Below are positions 1-12,344 of a stretch of DNA of 64,000 nt, piece after piece. The DNA comes from Octopus bimaculoides (lineage: Eukaryota). Numbering within the stretch: position 1 is the stretch's first letter; each line of letters opens with the position of its first letter. The stretch spans positions 68,413,262-68,477,261 of the forward strand of contig NC_068982.1 of assembly GCF_001194135.2 (NCBI RefSeq), read 5' to 3'. The notes under the pieces are model-generated. The model was given only the letters and a program-made list of their open reading frames with translations. It had not been told where the DNA came from and searched no databases. A program made the position numbers and the translations under genes.

Positions 1-669
1 ATATATATATATATATATATAGGAGGATATAGGCGGTGCAAATAGGCAGTTCTTTACTAGCCATAAATAGCAGCACATTTGTAACAGTAGAACCAACCTC
101 TATGACACCAGTTACAGATTCGATCTCTATCAAATCTAATGACAGACAATAGAGGAAGAGAGGAGATATTCAGAGGCAGAAACAAAACCCGATTAAAACA
201 AATCAAGTTTACAATATCTGTTCCATATATCATTTCTTTTGATGCTTGTATGAGTGTGTGTGTATGTGTGTGTGTTCCATAATATTTTGCTACTTAAGTT
301 AAATTTGTTTAAATGCAATACAGAAAAAAAAAATAGTGAGAAGAAGCAAGTGTTTTCATGGTAGTTATAATCCAATAGTTATCAACCATGTCCATCAGCA
401 AATAAGGAGATCAGACCTGACTACAGGCAGTCGCTGCTGTTACTGCTAACAGACACAATGTTTTAGTAATTCTGCTTCAAGTAACTTACTGCCAACCATT
501 AATTTACTGATATAATGAGAAGATTATTTTAAAACAAGAATTCTCAGTCCTTAGGTCCTTCCTTTGCTGAGTGGGGTTTTCATCTTGGGCTTCCGAGCCA
601 TCTGCCCCATTCTCGGTAATTTCCCTGATGTGGTTGCTGTCTTTTTTTTCTTTTTCTTTTGGAAATGGC

Positions 670-675
670 TTTATT
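670..675 (-). promoter_or_regulatory. Possible polyadenylation signal AATAAA
   Basis: AATAAA on the minus strand 37 nt after the REPS stop codon. Chance occurrence is likely in AT-rich DNA. Confidence 0.25.
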
Positions 676-712
676 AATGCCAAGGGCTGCTGGTTCAGTA
701 GCTGTATACTAG

Positions 713-884
713 TCAGCTGTGGTAGGGCCTCAGGTGCTCCAGTTGGATTTCCAGCGCAATCCGCTGTTCCATCACCTCCTGGAGTTCCTGGTTCAGTTCG
801 CTATTAACACGTTCTAGCATGGCATTCCTTTCTTTATGGGTACTAATTGCCATTTGGAGCTCTCGTTTATCCCGACTTGGTTGC
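713..884 (-). CDS. REPS1: REPS terminal coding exon (coiled coil, RalBP1-binding region)
   Basis: Acceptor ctctctttag|G, phase 2. QPSRDKRELQMAISTHKERNAMLERVNSELNQELQEVMEQRIALEIQLEHLRPYHS, TGA at 713-715. Confidence 0.95.
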
Positions 885-2893
885 CTAAAGAGAGAAGCAG
901 TAACAATATAAGTCATTTCAAACAACAAATCCAAGACAGGTACAGTAACTATTTCATAACAAATTTATAGTTTAAGTCATCACATGCAGGAATAAATCAT
1001 TTTTGCACAAGAAAACATTTACTACAGCTTCTTTTTATTTAACATCCTTTGACTCCACAAAATTCTTGAAGAAAACTCACAATTGGTAATTGTAAATAAT
1101 ACCAAGTGCAGAAATTTTAAACTTTTCTACAGACTAATCTATTGATTAATCAGTCATTTGCTTGTGGAAAGTCCTTGCAAATCTAATTTATCACATAAGA
1201 TTAGGATTACAAGAAATAATTACAAAAATTTCACATAAAACATGTAAGGAAATAATTCTAAAAAGTTACCATCACTATACACTGTCTTTCCATGCAAGCA
1301 TAAGTTGGATAGGTTTTCACAATTCAAATTATTTGCTATTGAGAGCAACTGCTTTCATAGACTGATACTTGAATATGTTATCTTGATTTGGTTTAGTTTC
1401 TATAGCTGGATGCCCTCCCTATTGTCAACCACTTGAGTGCACTCAGGGCATTTTTCTCATGGTACCAACCAACACTGAGAGTAAAACTATGACAAGATAG
1501 GACAAAACAAACCTCACAACCCTCTATTTCTCAGCTTGTTTGCCATCCACTTTACAGTATGTACTAGGTATGTCACTAGATTTTGAAAATGTGGTTATTT
1601 AATTAACAAGTTTGCTGACAGCACTGTTTTAAAATACATTATATTCCCTTTTCAACTAATTCAAAAGTAACAACTCATGCTTTATTAAATTTGATTTTAT
1701 GTGAAACTTCTTTCTTCAGAATAATTACAGAAATCATGGTGGGAGTAGATTACATCCTTTACAAATTTTCCTTTTCTGTGTGTGTGTGTGTGTGTGTAGA
1801 TATCATCATTATTCATTTTAATGCCTTATTTTCCATGCTTGTATGGATCAGAGTTTATTAAGGCAGATTTTCTAAGGCTGGATACCCTTCATGTCACCAA
1901 ACCTCATCTGTTTCCAAGCAAGATAATATTTCCTTCTTGCCAGATATGTTTTGCAGAATATTTGAAGTGAATGACACTGCTTGTGTGACAGTCACACTCA
2001 TTTACAGCCATCATACTAAGACAAGGAAGCACATACACACACATATACTGTAGTGAGACCAATTTCTGTTGTGGCATATTGAAGTCAACTAGCGTTTTAT
2101 AGGCTCAATACATTAATCTGTAAAGATTGGTCATCTTACCTATCATATGAGTTTGGAATATTGGTTGAGTCCTGTGCTTTGATTGGTTGACTAAAGCGTG
2201 GGATATGGATTGAGGATTCAATCACATTGCATGTAATACATTCTCAAACTAATCTGAATCTGTACTGGAGCCTACCTTCTGTCAATGTAGAGGTCTAACA
2301 AATCATCTATGAGCAGAGGGTTGAGCGATTTTCATGAAGGTGAGTCAGGTTATTTTCCTGCCATTATTCACCAGAACAAAATTAAAAAAACGGAGCACAT
2401 ATAAAAAATGACGGCCAGAGATTAATTATCCAAGCAATTGATGAACTATTCAATCACATCAGAATTCATGATGTGTTCATTTTGTCGACTAAACTATTTA
2501 ACAGAGGAATAAAGTCTCACTGTTGTTTTTTAAAGTTTGTTTCTTGTATCATTTCTACAAGTGAACACACAACAAGTTATATAATGGAATGCAAGATTCC
2601 GTAGTAAAACTAAGGGAGGCTTTATATCAACACTTGTTAAAATATGATGTCTTTCAATGCAGGCATGAGTTGGGTGAGTTGTCACAATCCAAATTATTTC
2701 TAATTCAGAGCTACTGCTCTCATAGACTGGTACACATGATGAGCTTCTACCAAATCCACTGACAAAGCTTTGGATAGCCTGGAGCTATAGTAGAGGATTT
2801 GTCCAAGATGGTGACAGAAAGGGCATTCAACTAGAGAAAATCTACCTCAATGAATTCTGTCAAGCATGGAAAAGTAGATGTAAAAATTATATA

Positions 2894-2980
2894 TATATAT
2901 AAAGAAAAGGATAAAGAGACTAATGACAAAGTTTCTAACTTTGCCATTAGTCTCTTTATCCTATTCTTTCTTTATATATA
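2894..2980. repeat. Fold-back inverted repeat (about 39-bp arms, 5-nt loop)
   Basis: tatatataaagaaa-aggataaagagactaatg-a-caaagt / ttcta / actttg-c-cattagtctctttatcct-attc-tttctttatatata. Confidence 0.9.
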
Positions 2981-3312
2981 CACACGCTAATACACGACCC
3001 ATGTTATATTCCCCACTCATGTTGCAACCATGACAGGGGCAAAACTAGTCGGTATACAGCACTTACTCGGTATTACCTGTATCTTTAGGGTTTGGTTGAC
3101 TCCAATACCCTTCATAACCTTTATATATATATATATATATATATAAACAAAAGTAAATGAGTATATGCATATATACGTACAGGTATGTGCATACCGACAT
3201 CCACCTGTATGTATAGGTGCATATCTGGGTACAGGACATTGCAAACAAACGTAGACGAGAACACACGAGCCACATAGAGAACATTCTACTTCATCAGCTA
3301 CCCACGTTTTAA
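2981..3312. mobile_element. Probable Penelope-like element remnant (non-coding)
   Basis: 2981-3123 is visibly homologous to 22075-22212 (cacacgct...gaccc...gcacttactc.g.attacctg...ttgac.cca.tac...tcataacct), which sits next to a hammerhead-bearing repeat. Confidence 0.4.
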
Positions 3313-3329
3313 CACCGGTGTTTCAACGA

Positions 3330-3695
3330 GCTTCGGGCAGCATATATAACTCTGAAAGCATATTTGCTAGAATAAGAATGGGCTGGGCAAAGTTCAGAGA
3401 GCTACTATCATTGTTGGTAATAAAGGGCCTCTCACTCAGAGAGAAAGGCAGTTCGTATGATGCCTGTGTACAAACAGCTATGCTACATGATAATGAAACA
3501 TGGGCTATAACTGCAGAAAATATACAAAGGCCTGAAAGAAATGAAACCAGCATGCTCTGCTGGATGGCTACTGTCAGAAGATTGTGCTGGTACAGAGAGA
3601 AGATTGTGCTGGTACAGTCATGTGATGCATATAATTGATGAAAAAAAATGCCAATCTCTAATTGTGGAGGGAACCCGTGGAAAGAGTTAACATGG
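3330..3695 (+). mobile_element. RTE-clade LINE fragment (RT C-terminal region), decayed with internal deletion
   Basis: ARIRMGWAKFRELLSLLVIKGLSLREKG...YDACVQTAMLH.NETWA, the same family as 5360-5956. A roughly 22-bp tandem duplication lies at the deletion point (about 3577-3620). Confidence 0.85.
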
Positions 3696-3702
3696 GATGA
3701 CA

Positions 3703-4080
3703 TACTCTTTTACTCGTTTCAGTCATTTGACTGCAGCCATGCTGGAGCACCGCCTTTAGTTGAGCAAATCGACTCTAGGACTTATTCATTGTAAGCCTAA
3801 TACTTATTCTATCATTCTCATCTGCCGAACCACTAAGTTATGGGGACGTAAACACACCAGTATTGGTTGTCAAGCGATGTTGGGGGGACAAACACAAACA
3901 CACACACACACATATATATATATATACATATATACGATGGGCTTCCATCAGTTTCCATCTACCAAATCCACTCACAAGGCTTTAGTAGAAGACACTTGCC
4001 CAAGGTGCCACGCAGTGGGACTGAACTCGGAACCATGTGGTTGGTAAGCAAGCTACTTACCACACAGCCACTCCTGCACC
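3703..4080 (-). mobile_element. tRNA-derived SINE, full length (family A)
   Basis: Reverse complement of the copy at 43487-43892, including the internal TA/GT microsatellite and the ccagcatggc...gactgaaac tail. Confidence 0.9.
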
Positions 4081-4922
4081 TGTTGACATGTTGAGAAATG
4101 AAATGCAAACATTGAACCTCAAAGAAATGACAAGGGACTGAGACTTCGGGTAATCTGCTGTGCTCAAGAAGACATGTCGAGCAATGTAAAATCATAGTCA
4201 TCCATCCATACAGGCATGTCCTTTACAGCCATATCCTAGAGGACACATAATTCTGTCCTCTAGCAAAACTCCCCAACACCCCCACCAGGTCTCACCACTC
4301 TCCCTCACATGCCTATCTGCACACTCTCCATGCCTTTATATTATCTATCATACTCACCTCCCAGCCACTCCAGTTTCTCTCACCATCACTTGCTATCTAT
4401 AATTATCTCCCTTTACACTCTTACAGAAGATCTCTATCCCATCAGTACTACTTATACTCTCCCCCTTATGTTTCTTGTGAGTAGGCCCTTGCTTACTCTC
4501 TCTGACTTTCTAGCTCTCTCCTACCTCTCTTTTGTTCCTTGTCCTATGGGGTAACTGAGTATGTCTTTTGTGGTAAGGCAGCTCTCCTTGTCCCTCTATC
4601 ATACTCCAGCCTCTCACCTGGCACATGGCCACATCTCTCATTTCCACTCTCTCTCAGCTGAGAGGTTCTTGTCTTTCTAGCTAGTTGGCAACCCAACAGA
4701 TGCTGGCACCACATCAGAAGTACCCATGCTGGTGCCACGTCAGAGGCACCCAGTACACTCTGTAAAGTAGTTGGGGTTAAGAAGGGCATCCAGTCACGCC
4801 AAAACAGACAACTGGAGCCTGGTGCAGCTCTCCAGCTCCTGTCAAACAGTCAAAACCCATGGCAGCATGGAAAATAGATGTTAGATGATGATGAGAATAT
4901 ATATTTGTACTGACAAACCTAC

Positions 4923-4987
4923 CTGCCATAGTAAGAAGACTTTTGCCGATCACTACTCATAACTTCTTCTTCAGGTTCTGGAAGCAC
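4923..4987 (-). CDS. REPS1: REPS exon (65 nt)
   Basis: tgtgttttag|GTG...GGCAG|gtaggt. VLPEPEEEVMSSDRQKSSYYG(R). Phase 0 in, phase 2 out, which matches the terminal exon. Confidence 0.8.
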
Positions 4988-5359
4988 CTAAAACACACAG
5001 AAGATAATACTTTTAGGCATCATCTATATATTTGGATAAAAAAAAGTATTTTATCAACAAGCATCAACTGAAACATTACCAGCAATTTTAGTCTTAGGTG
5101 GGTTTTCAGAAAAATCTTTTATGGTACTTATTTCTTTCAACATTTTCTTTGAAGTGTAGAACAGATTTTTTTTTTTTTTTTCAATTTCTGTCTATAATTT
5201 CTCACTATAATTCACATTCACCAGCATAAGTATATAAATAAAAGATTATAAACGAATGTATTAAACTTGCATTGGAAATTCATACCCGTGAATGACATTG
5301 TCTTGAAAAGATAATCCAGCTTGTATACACATTGACCCTTTTCATACCAAACCCATCTG

Positions 5360-6730
5360 AGACTGCCAAACTAGAAGTAGTTGATAGCTTCCGTTACCTA
5401 GGGGACCAAGTCAGTAGCAGGGGTGGATGCTCTGAAAGTGTAGCTGCTAGAATAAGAATAGCCTGAGCAAAGTTCAGAGAGCTCTTACCTCTGCTGGTGA
5501 CAAAGGGTCTCTCACTGAGAGTAAAAGGTAAACTGTATGACGCATGTATGCGAACAGCCATGCTACATGGTAGTGAAACATGGGCCATGACTGCTGAGGA
5601 CATGCGTAAGCTTGCAAGGAATGAAGCCAGTATTCTCCGCTGGATGTGTAATGTCAGTGTGCACACACGACAGAGTGTAAGCGCCCTGAGAGAAAAGTTG
5701 GATTTAAGAAGCATCAGATGTGGTGTGCAAGAGAGACAACTGCCCTGGTATGGTCGTGTTGCGAATGAATGAGGACAGCTGTGTGAAAAGTCACATCCTA
5801 GCAGTTGAGGGAACCTGTGGGAGATGTAGACCCAGGAAGACCTGGGATGAGGTGGTGAGGCATGACCTTCAAACATTGGGCCTTACCGAGGCAATGACTA
5901 GAGACCAGGACCTTTGGAGATATGCTGTGCTTGAGAAGACTCAACAAGCCAAGTGAGACCATAACTTATGGCCTATGCCAGTGGGTGTAACCAGCCCATT
6001 TATGAATACCCCTCATTCATTGGACAATAAACCTTGCTTGTGAAGACCTATTGAGGCAAGTAAAATCAAAATCAAAATTGCTGACGTGGCTAACGACAGT
6101 ACCGCCTGATTGGCACTCTTGCCAGTGGAACGTTAAAAGCACATCCAAACGTGGGGTGTAACCGGCCCACTTATGAGTACCCCTCATTCATTGGACAATG
6201 AACTTTGCTTGCAAAGACCTATTGAGGCAAGTGTAAACAAACCAAAATCGCTGACATGGCCGATGACAGTACCGCCTGATTGGCACTTGTGCCAGTGGAG
6301 CGTTAAAAGCACATCCAAGTGTGATCATTGCCAGGCCCCCGGATTGGCTCCCATGCCGGTGATATGTGAAAAGCACCAGTCATGTGTGATTGTTGCCAGT
6401 GTCACCCTGCCAGCACGTGCCGGTGGCGCATGAAAAACAACATTCGAGCGTAGTTGTTGCCATTGCTGCCGGACTGGCTCCCGTGCAGGTAGCACATAAC
6501 AGCACCTTTCGAGCATGGTCATTGCCAGAACCGCCTGACTGGCCCTCATGCCAGTGGCATGTAAAAAGCACCCACTATTCTCGGAGTGGTTGGCGTTAGA
6601 AAGGGCATCCAGCTGTAGAAACTTTGCCAGATCAGATTGAGCCTGGTGCAGCCTCTGGTTCACCAGTCCTTGGTCAAACCGTCCAATCCATGCCAGCATG
6701 GAAAGCGGACATTAAACAATGATGATGACG
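5360..6730 (+). mobile_element. 5'-truncated RTE LINE: RT C-terminus plus long tandem-repeat 3' UTR and (GAT)n tail
   Basis: FRYLGDQVSS.GGCSES..ARIRIA*AKFRELLPLL...LHGSETWAMT...GRCRPRKTWDEVV...RDQDLWRYAV, with an in-frame stop and frameshift. Ends gcggacattaaacaatgatgatg. Confidence 0.92.
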
Positions 6731-6894
6731 ATTGTGTCATTAATGTCACTGACTTTAGTGAATGAATATCTGATGGGTGGAGGGGTACACTAATAATTAC
6801 TTCCAGTCACCATGATGACTAGTGACCATCAATTTATTTTCAGTCACACTAGAAGTGTGGATATGGATTTAATGATACAAAATATGTATACAGG

Positions 6895-7285
6895 TGTAAG
6901 CATGGCTGTGTAGTTAAGAGGTTCACTTCCCAACCATGTGGTTTTGGATTCAGTCCCCTTGTGAAGCACCTTGGGCAAGTGTCTTCTACCATGTCCTGAG
7001 CCAACCAATGTCTTGTGAGCAAATTTGGTAAATGGAAAGTATAAGGAAGCCTAACATATGTATATGTTTGTATGTGAGAGAAAAAGAGTTACAGAGAAAG
7101 ACTGTGCAAGTGTCTACATTTGTCACTCGCTACTTAACTAGTGCTGGTTTGTCTATGTAACTTAGTAATTTGTCAAAAAAGACAGATAGAATAAGTACCA
7201 GACTTAAAAACAAGTACTAAGGTGGATTAATCTGGTACTCCAGCATGGCTACATTCCAATGACTGAAACAAGTAAAAGAAAATGT
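6895..7285 (+). mobile_element. tRNA-derived SINE (family A), diverged
   Basis: Head catggctgtgtagttaag...ttcagtccc...gcaccttgggcaagtgtcttctac and tail ccagcatggc...gactgaaacaagtaaaag. Confidence 0.75.
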
Positions 7286-8439
7286 GAGTATTCTTGATAT
7301 GCTTAATATATTACAAAACTCACCTTTGAAACTGAAGTATTATTGACAATTGAACTATCAACATTATCTGAAACATAATTTAAAGAACAAATAAGCTTAA
7401 AATAAAGATCAGAAAAGAAAATGATGCAGAAACTGGAAATGAAATAGAAATTAATTATAAACATCATACATAATGATATTTGAGAAAGATCCTATCTTTT
7501 AAATAATGACATCACTGCTTTTGCATATGTTTTGTGCATTGGATGTTAACTCTTCTGTTAAAAATGTAAATCTTGAGACATGCTAAATGAAGACAATGTC
7601 AGTTTGAATGATAATCTTTTCAAATTCATTAATATACTCTGCTACAAAGAATAAATAATTTGTACATGTATATGTGAGGGAAGAAGTAGAAGAATGAGTG
7701 TAGAAAACATATTGGGGTAAGATACATTTAAAAAAAACTGGATGGGAAGAATTCTATACTAGAAACAAAATATATTTCTATACAAAGGGCAGGTGAAGGC
7801 ACAATTGCAAGATTATGGTTCTGATTCCCAGACTGGGTGGTATGTTGTGTTCTGAAAGAAAACACTTCATTTCACTTAGCTCCATTCCACTTAGCTGTAA
7901 ATGAGTAAACTCTGCAACTGGTTGGGAGCCTGTTCAGTGGGAAATGTGGTCTCAGTCATTTGTACACCAGGGAAACTGGGTAACTGGCTCTAAGTGACCT
8001 CACACTTGAGACAGTGCTTACTTTTTACAAAAGGTAGATAGTATGAAGTATGTTTAAGAAGCAAAGAGTTATATGAAAGTAAAATTTAAGTAATATGTAT
8101 ATAGGAGATTTGAAAAGGTTGCAGAGGAATCGTCTATCAGTTTTTTAAACGTTAATTTACATAAAGTCTAGTATAAATGTGATGCAAAAGCAGCTGGTAT
8201 CAAGCACAATGATTGACATGTCTAAGAAATGTCATTGCACTGATGTGAACATATAATATGAATGGATATTTGGAGAGTGAAAAATTGATGTATGAAAGCA
8301 GTTGAAACAAAGATAAACCATGGGCAAGAGATGTGGAATACACAGATAATTTTGAAATGAGATGACATAGTTGAAACTCATAAATTACATACTGTTTTGC
8401 AAACATATTGTATTGCTATTTTTGAATTGAGAACAATAA

Positions 8440-9500
8440 TGGAGTGGGTGATGGAGATGCAAAAAGACGTCTTTGTGTGCTTCATAGATCACACAAATGC
8501 CTTCAATAAAGTAAAACATGAAGAACTCAGTAACCTTGGTCTGCATGGAAATGACCTTGAAATCTTGTAGAGCTTGTACTGGAACAAATCAAGAGTGCAT
8601 AAAGGTGGATGGAGAATGCTGTGAATACACTAGCATCAGGTGAAGGGTTAAACAAGGATGTGTTATGCCACCAGATCTCTTCAATTACCATAGTGGATTG
8701 ATCATAAGAGAAATGGAGAAGGAAAAAGGTCTTAGAATAGGAGGCAGAAACATCACAAACATAAGATATGCAGATGGCACAGAAAAGGGACTTCAGGATG
8801 TAGTGAGAAAGTGAGAGGAAAGGTCTGTTCATAAAACACAAGACAGTGTATAGTGGTGACAAAGAATGGAAGCCTAAGTGCATGCTGAAAATGAACAATC
8901 AAATCATTAAGCAGGTATCAACCTTCAACTACCTTGGAACTTTGATCACAGAAGACAAGATGTGTAAAGGAGATCAAAAGACAAATACTGCTGGCAGAAT
9001 CTGCATTCTCAAAATTGCATAACATCTTGAGAAATTGTACTCCAAGCATCAAGACCAAGATCCGTATATTGAACTGCTAGGACTACCCTGTGTTAATGTA
9101 TGGAAGTGAGGCATGGTCTATAATATCAGAAAGGAGAAGGTGCACAAAGAGCTATGAAATATGGTTCTTAAGGAGAATATTGAAGATAGCATGGACAAAG
9201 TGTTTAATGAAGAAGTGATAACCCAGGCTGTGGTAAATAGGAAACTGCTTCTTGATATAAGGACCAAATGACTGAAATTTCTTGGCTGTTTGATGAAGTG
9301 GGGGAGGGGGCAGAGAATTTACTAATGACTGGAAAGATTGAATGGAAAAGAAGCAGAAGAAGAAGAAGAAGAAGGGTGATATGGCTATCAAACTTGACAA
9401 ACCGGTTGGAAGAAAGACATATTAAACATCATGAAGTAGAACTATTACAGAAAACAAAGGACAGAGAATTGAGGCAGAACATTACTTATGTTCTGCATCC
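8440..9500 (+). mobile_element. Old RTE/BovB-like LINE RT fragment
   Basis: Scattered RT motifs across frameshifts: AFNKVKH, RVKQGCVMPPDLFN, NIRYADGT, FNYLGTLITED, LMYGSEAWS. Confidence 0.8.
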
Positions 9501-9937
9501 TAGACATGGCACAAGAAAAGAAAAAATTGCTAAAACAATCACCAACCTACACCAGTATTAAAATAATCACACACACACACAAAAGGGGCTTGTATGAAAA
9601 TAGAGTATAACATGAGGGTCCAAAATGAAAACATACCTGTATCTGTTTGAGTTGTAATAGGAGGCAAACCCTGAAAAGCAATGAGGATTGGATGTCAGAC
9701 AATTAGATATTAAAAAACATGAATTTTAAAATAAACAATAGGTGATAAAAAAAAAATACCTCTGGTACTAACATGAAACAATTCTATAAAAAGAAAACAG
9801 AATATTGTTTTTAAAGAACATGAAAAATAAATTTCTCAGATTAAATTTTTTAAAAACATATAAAAAAAGTTGATTTAAAAAATAATGGCAAAGACAGTGG
9901 AAACGTGGAGTAGTCAGACCACATAGGGCAGCCACTT

Positions 9938-9980
<43 letters not shown>

Positions 9981-10761
9981 GTATATANNNNNNNNNNNNN
10001 NNNNNNNNNNNNNNNNNNNNNNNNNNNNNNNNNNNNNNNNNNNNNNNNNNNNNNNNNNNNNNNNNNNNNNNNNNNNNNNNNNNNNGGGGTCACCAAAAAC
10101 CCATGCTACACCACTGTGTACAGAAAGGCTGAAGAAAATTAACTGCATAAAAAGCTTTGACAATAGCATCATAAGTATTTTTAAAAATGCAAAATCATAG
10201 AAGTAGTGCAAAAAGACTGAAGGTGCTTATTTCTAAATGTACTTCATCACCTCATCTACACTGCTATTGTTGTAGGTTCAGAAAAAGAAGACACTTGTTA
10301 GATAAGTTCTAAACGATTATGATGATACAGGGTGATAAAATGGACTGGGTCTTTGATAAGCAGGTCTTGATCAAATCCAAGTCAAATAAGAGACAATCAC
10401 ATCTACCTTTATACACTGATATGTCAGCAGTTAAAAATACATTGGTTTTAGTGTTCTTAAACTCGGAGATATTGGTTCAAACATCACATTTATACCTACT
10501 CACAAGTGGTGAAACACATCTCCTTTACTGTAATCTTTGATTGTGAATCCAACAACACTTTAACCACTATATATATACACACACACAATTGTTTGGTACA
10601 AAAGTGACTCAATGGCCAAAAGTTTCGTGCATGGCACTTATCAAACAGTTTTATAAGTACCATGCACAAAGTGCATCAAACTTAAGCCTTGGGTCACTTT
10701 TGTAACTTTCTGTCAATTAAAAGTAACATTAAAGTGTGTGTGTGTGTATGTGTGCGTGTCT

Positions 10762-10798
<37 letters not shown>

Positions 10799-11248
10799 AA
10801 ATTCTATCCATATCCACCATTCTCAGCATTCAACATTTACGTGTGTCTGTGTAGTTTGAAGTGGTGCAGAGATTTTATATATTCAGAGATAAAAAAAGAT
10901 AGCAGAATTTGGATAAACTCTATTTAGTGCTTTTATGCCTTTGTTTACACAGAATTATTAGTCTTTGGATCATTGTAACTTGCAATGCTAGTTCTGAATT
11001 CCACAAAAAAACTTAAAAGTGTGTGTGTGTGTGCACGCACACACTAAAGATTGGATAGAGTGCACATCAGAATTATTAAGATAAAACTTACTTGGAAGAG
11101 AATAATTCTGATGTGCACTCAATACGATCTTTTTACTCTTTCATTTTCTGTCTTTTTTCTCTCTCTTATTCTTTTACCTTCTCTTCTCACATTATTCTAT
11201 TCTATTACTCTGTTACTCACTCTCCCTCACTCCTCCTCCCTTGCTCAC

Positions 11249-11299
11249 ATAGCTCCCACATGACCATCGGCCATCTTTCTTTCTTTCTCGCCGTTGTAG
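11249..11299 (-). CDS. REPS1: Probable REPS small exon (51 nt, LQRRERKKDGRWSCGSY)
   Basis: catcttcattgttccag|CTA...TAT|gtgagc. Phase 0-0 inside a phase-0 intron, no stop codon, three CpGs in a CpG-poor intron. Confidence 0.6.
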
Positions 11300-11649
11300 C
11301 TGGAACAATGAAGATGTGTTCTTGTTTGTTTCTTGTCCTAGCTTGATTTACACATTTGCCATCACAACCTCGTTTTGGCTTAGCAGCCCTTCCTGTTTGT
11401 TTTCACAGTCCTGTTTGTGTTATCTATTTTGACCCTCCACAAAATCTCAAATTTTATTAAATTTGCTTTGCGGGAGCAACTGTTTTATCGAAAGCATATA
11501 TTATTGTTAAATGCTCAAAATACGAGACTAGAAAAACAGCCAACAACTGATGAAGGGTCATTCTTTATGTCGTTTGAAAGAACGGTTCATATTCCATGTA
11601 CTCATGCTTCATACTTTTTTGTTGTACATGTTTCATGACGTCCTGTGCC

Positions 11650-11680
<31 letters not shown>

Positions 11681-12137
11681 GTATAGATTTAAGTATGTAC
11701 ATATACATATGTATATATGCAGATATATATATATATATTATATTATTATATGATTGAACGCCACGCATCCTCTTCCAAGTAAGTTATATATATATATACA
11801 TGTATATATACATAAAATACATATTTTACACACACACAGAGTTAGATGGGAAATGAAGAGTGAGAGACTAAACTATTAGCTTTCTAAATCATTTACTGCA
11901 AAGGTCAATATTGGAATATATAACTGTCAGTAATTATTAATTAAGCAAAAGAATGAAGAAAGAAAGAAAAAGTATTAAAAATTAAGAATTTAAAAAAAAT
12001 AAAGTGTAGTTTGAAGCTAGCTAATAAGCTCCCAGTATGAAAAAAAAATTTTTTTAATTAAAAATCCCAACACCAGTTTATAATGATAGGCCGGCAAGCA
12101 AGTAGGGTTCTTAGGCATAGAAGAACCACAGTCTTAC

Positions 12138-12344
12138 CCCAATTTGACGTATATCAAGAGAAGCACACCGACGGTGCTTCTCCACCATGGGAGCCTGTAA
12201 TTTAATGGCTGGTGTAACTGAGGTAGAGTCCTCAGAATGGTCAACAGAATCGAGATCTTGTGAAGAGAAATCAGTAAATCGGAAAATCTTTTCTGACTGC
12301 ATACCTCCAAATCCAAGTAAGATATCCCTGCTTTGCCTAGAGAC
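12138..12344 (-). CDS. REPS1: REPS exon (207 nt; 5' boundary less certain)
   Basis: taccttcatcag|GTC...GGG|gtaaga, phase 0-0. VSRQSRDILLGFGGMQSEKIFRFTDFSSQDLDSVDHSEDSTSVTPAIKLQAPMVEKHRRCASLDIRQIG. FTDFS resembles the REPS FADFS motif. Other in-frame AGs exist downstream. Confidence 0.75.

Noticed and set aside
3270-3320. CTGATGAAG on the minus strand in the 2981-3312 element as a hammerhead
   Set aside because: No downstream stem II or GAAA in this copy.
5975-6580. Repeat-spacer-like appearance (CRISPR-like)
   Set aside because: The units are degenerate tandem duplications inside an RTE 3' UTR, with no constant repeat or unique spacers, in a eukaryotic intron with no cas genes.
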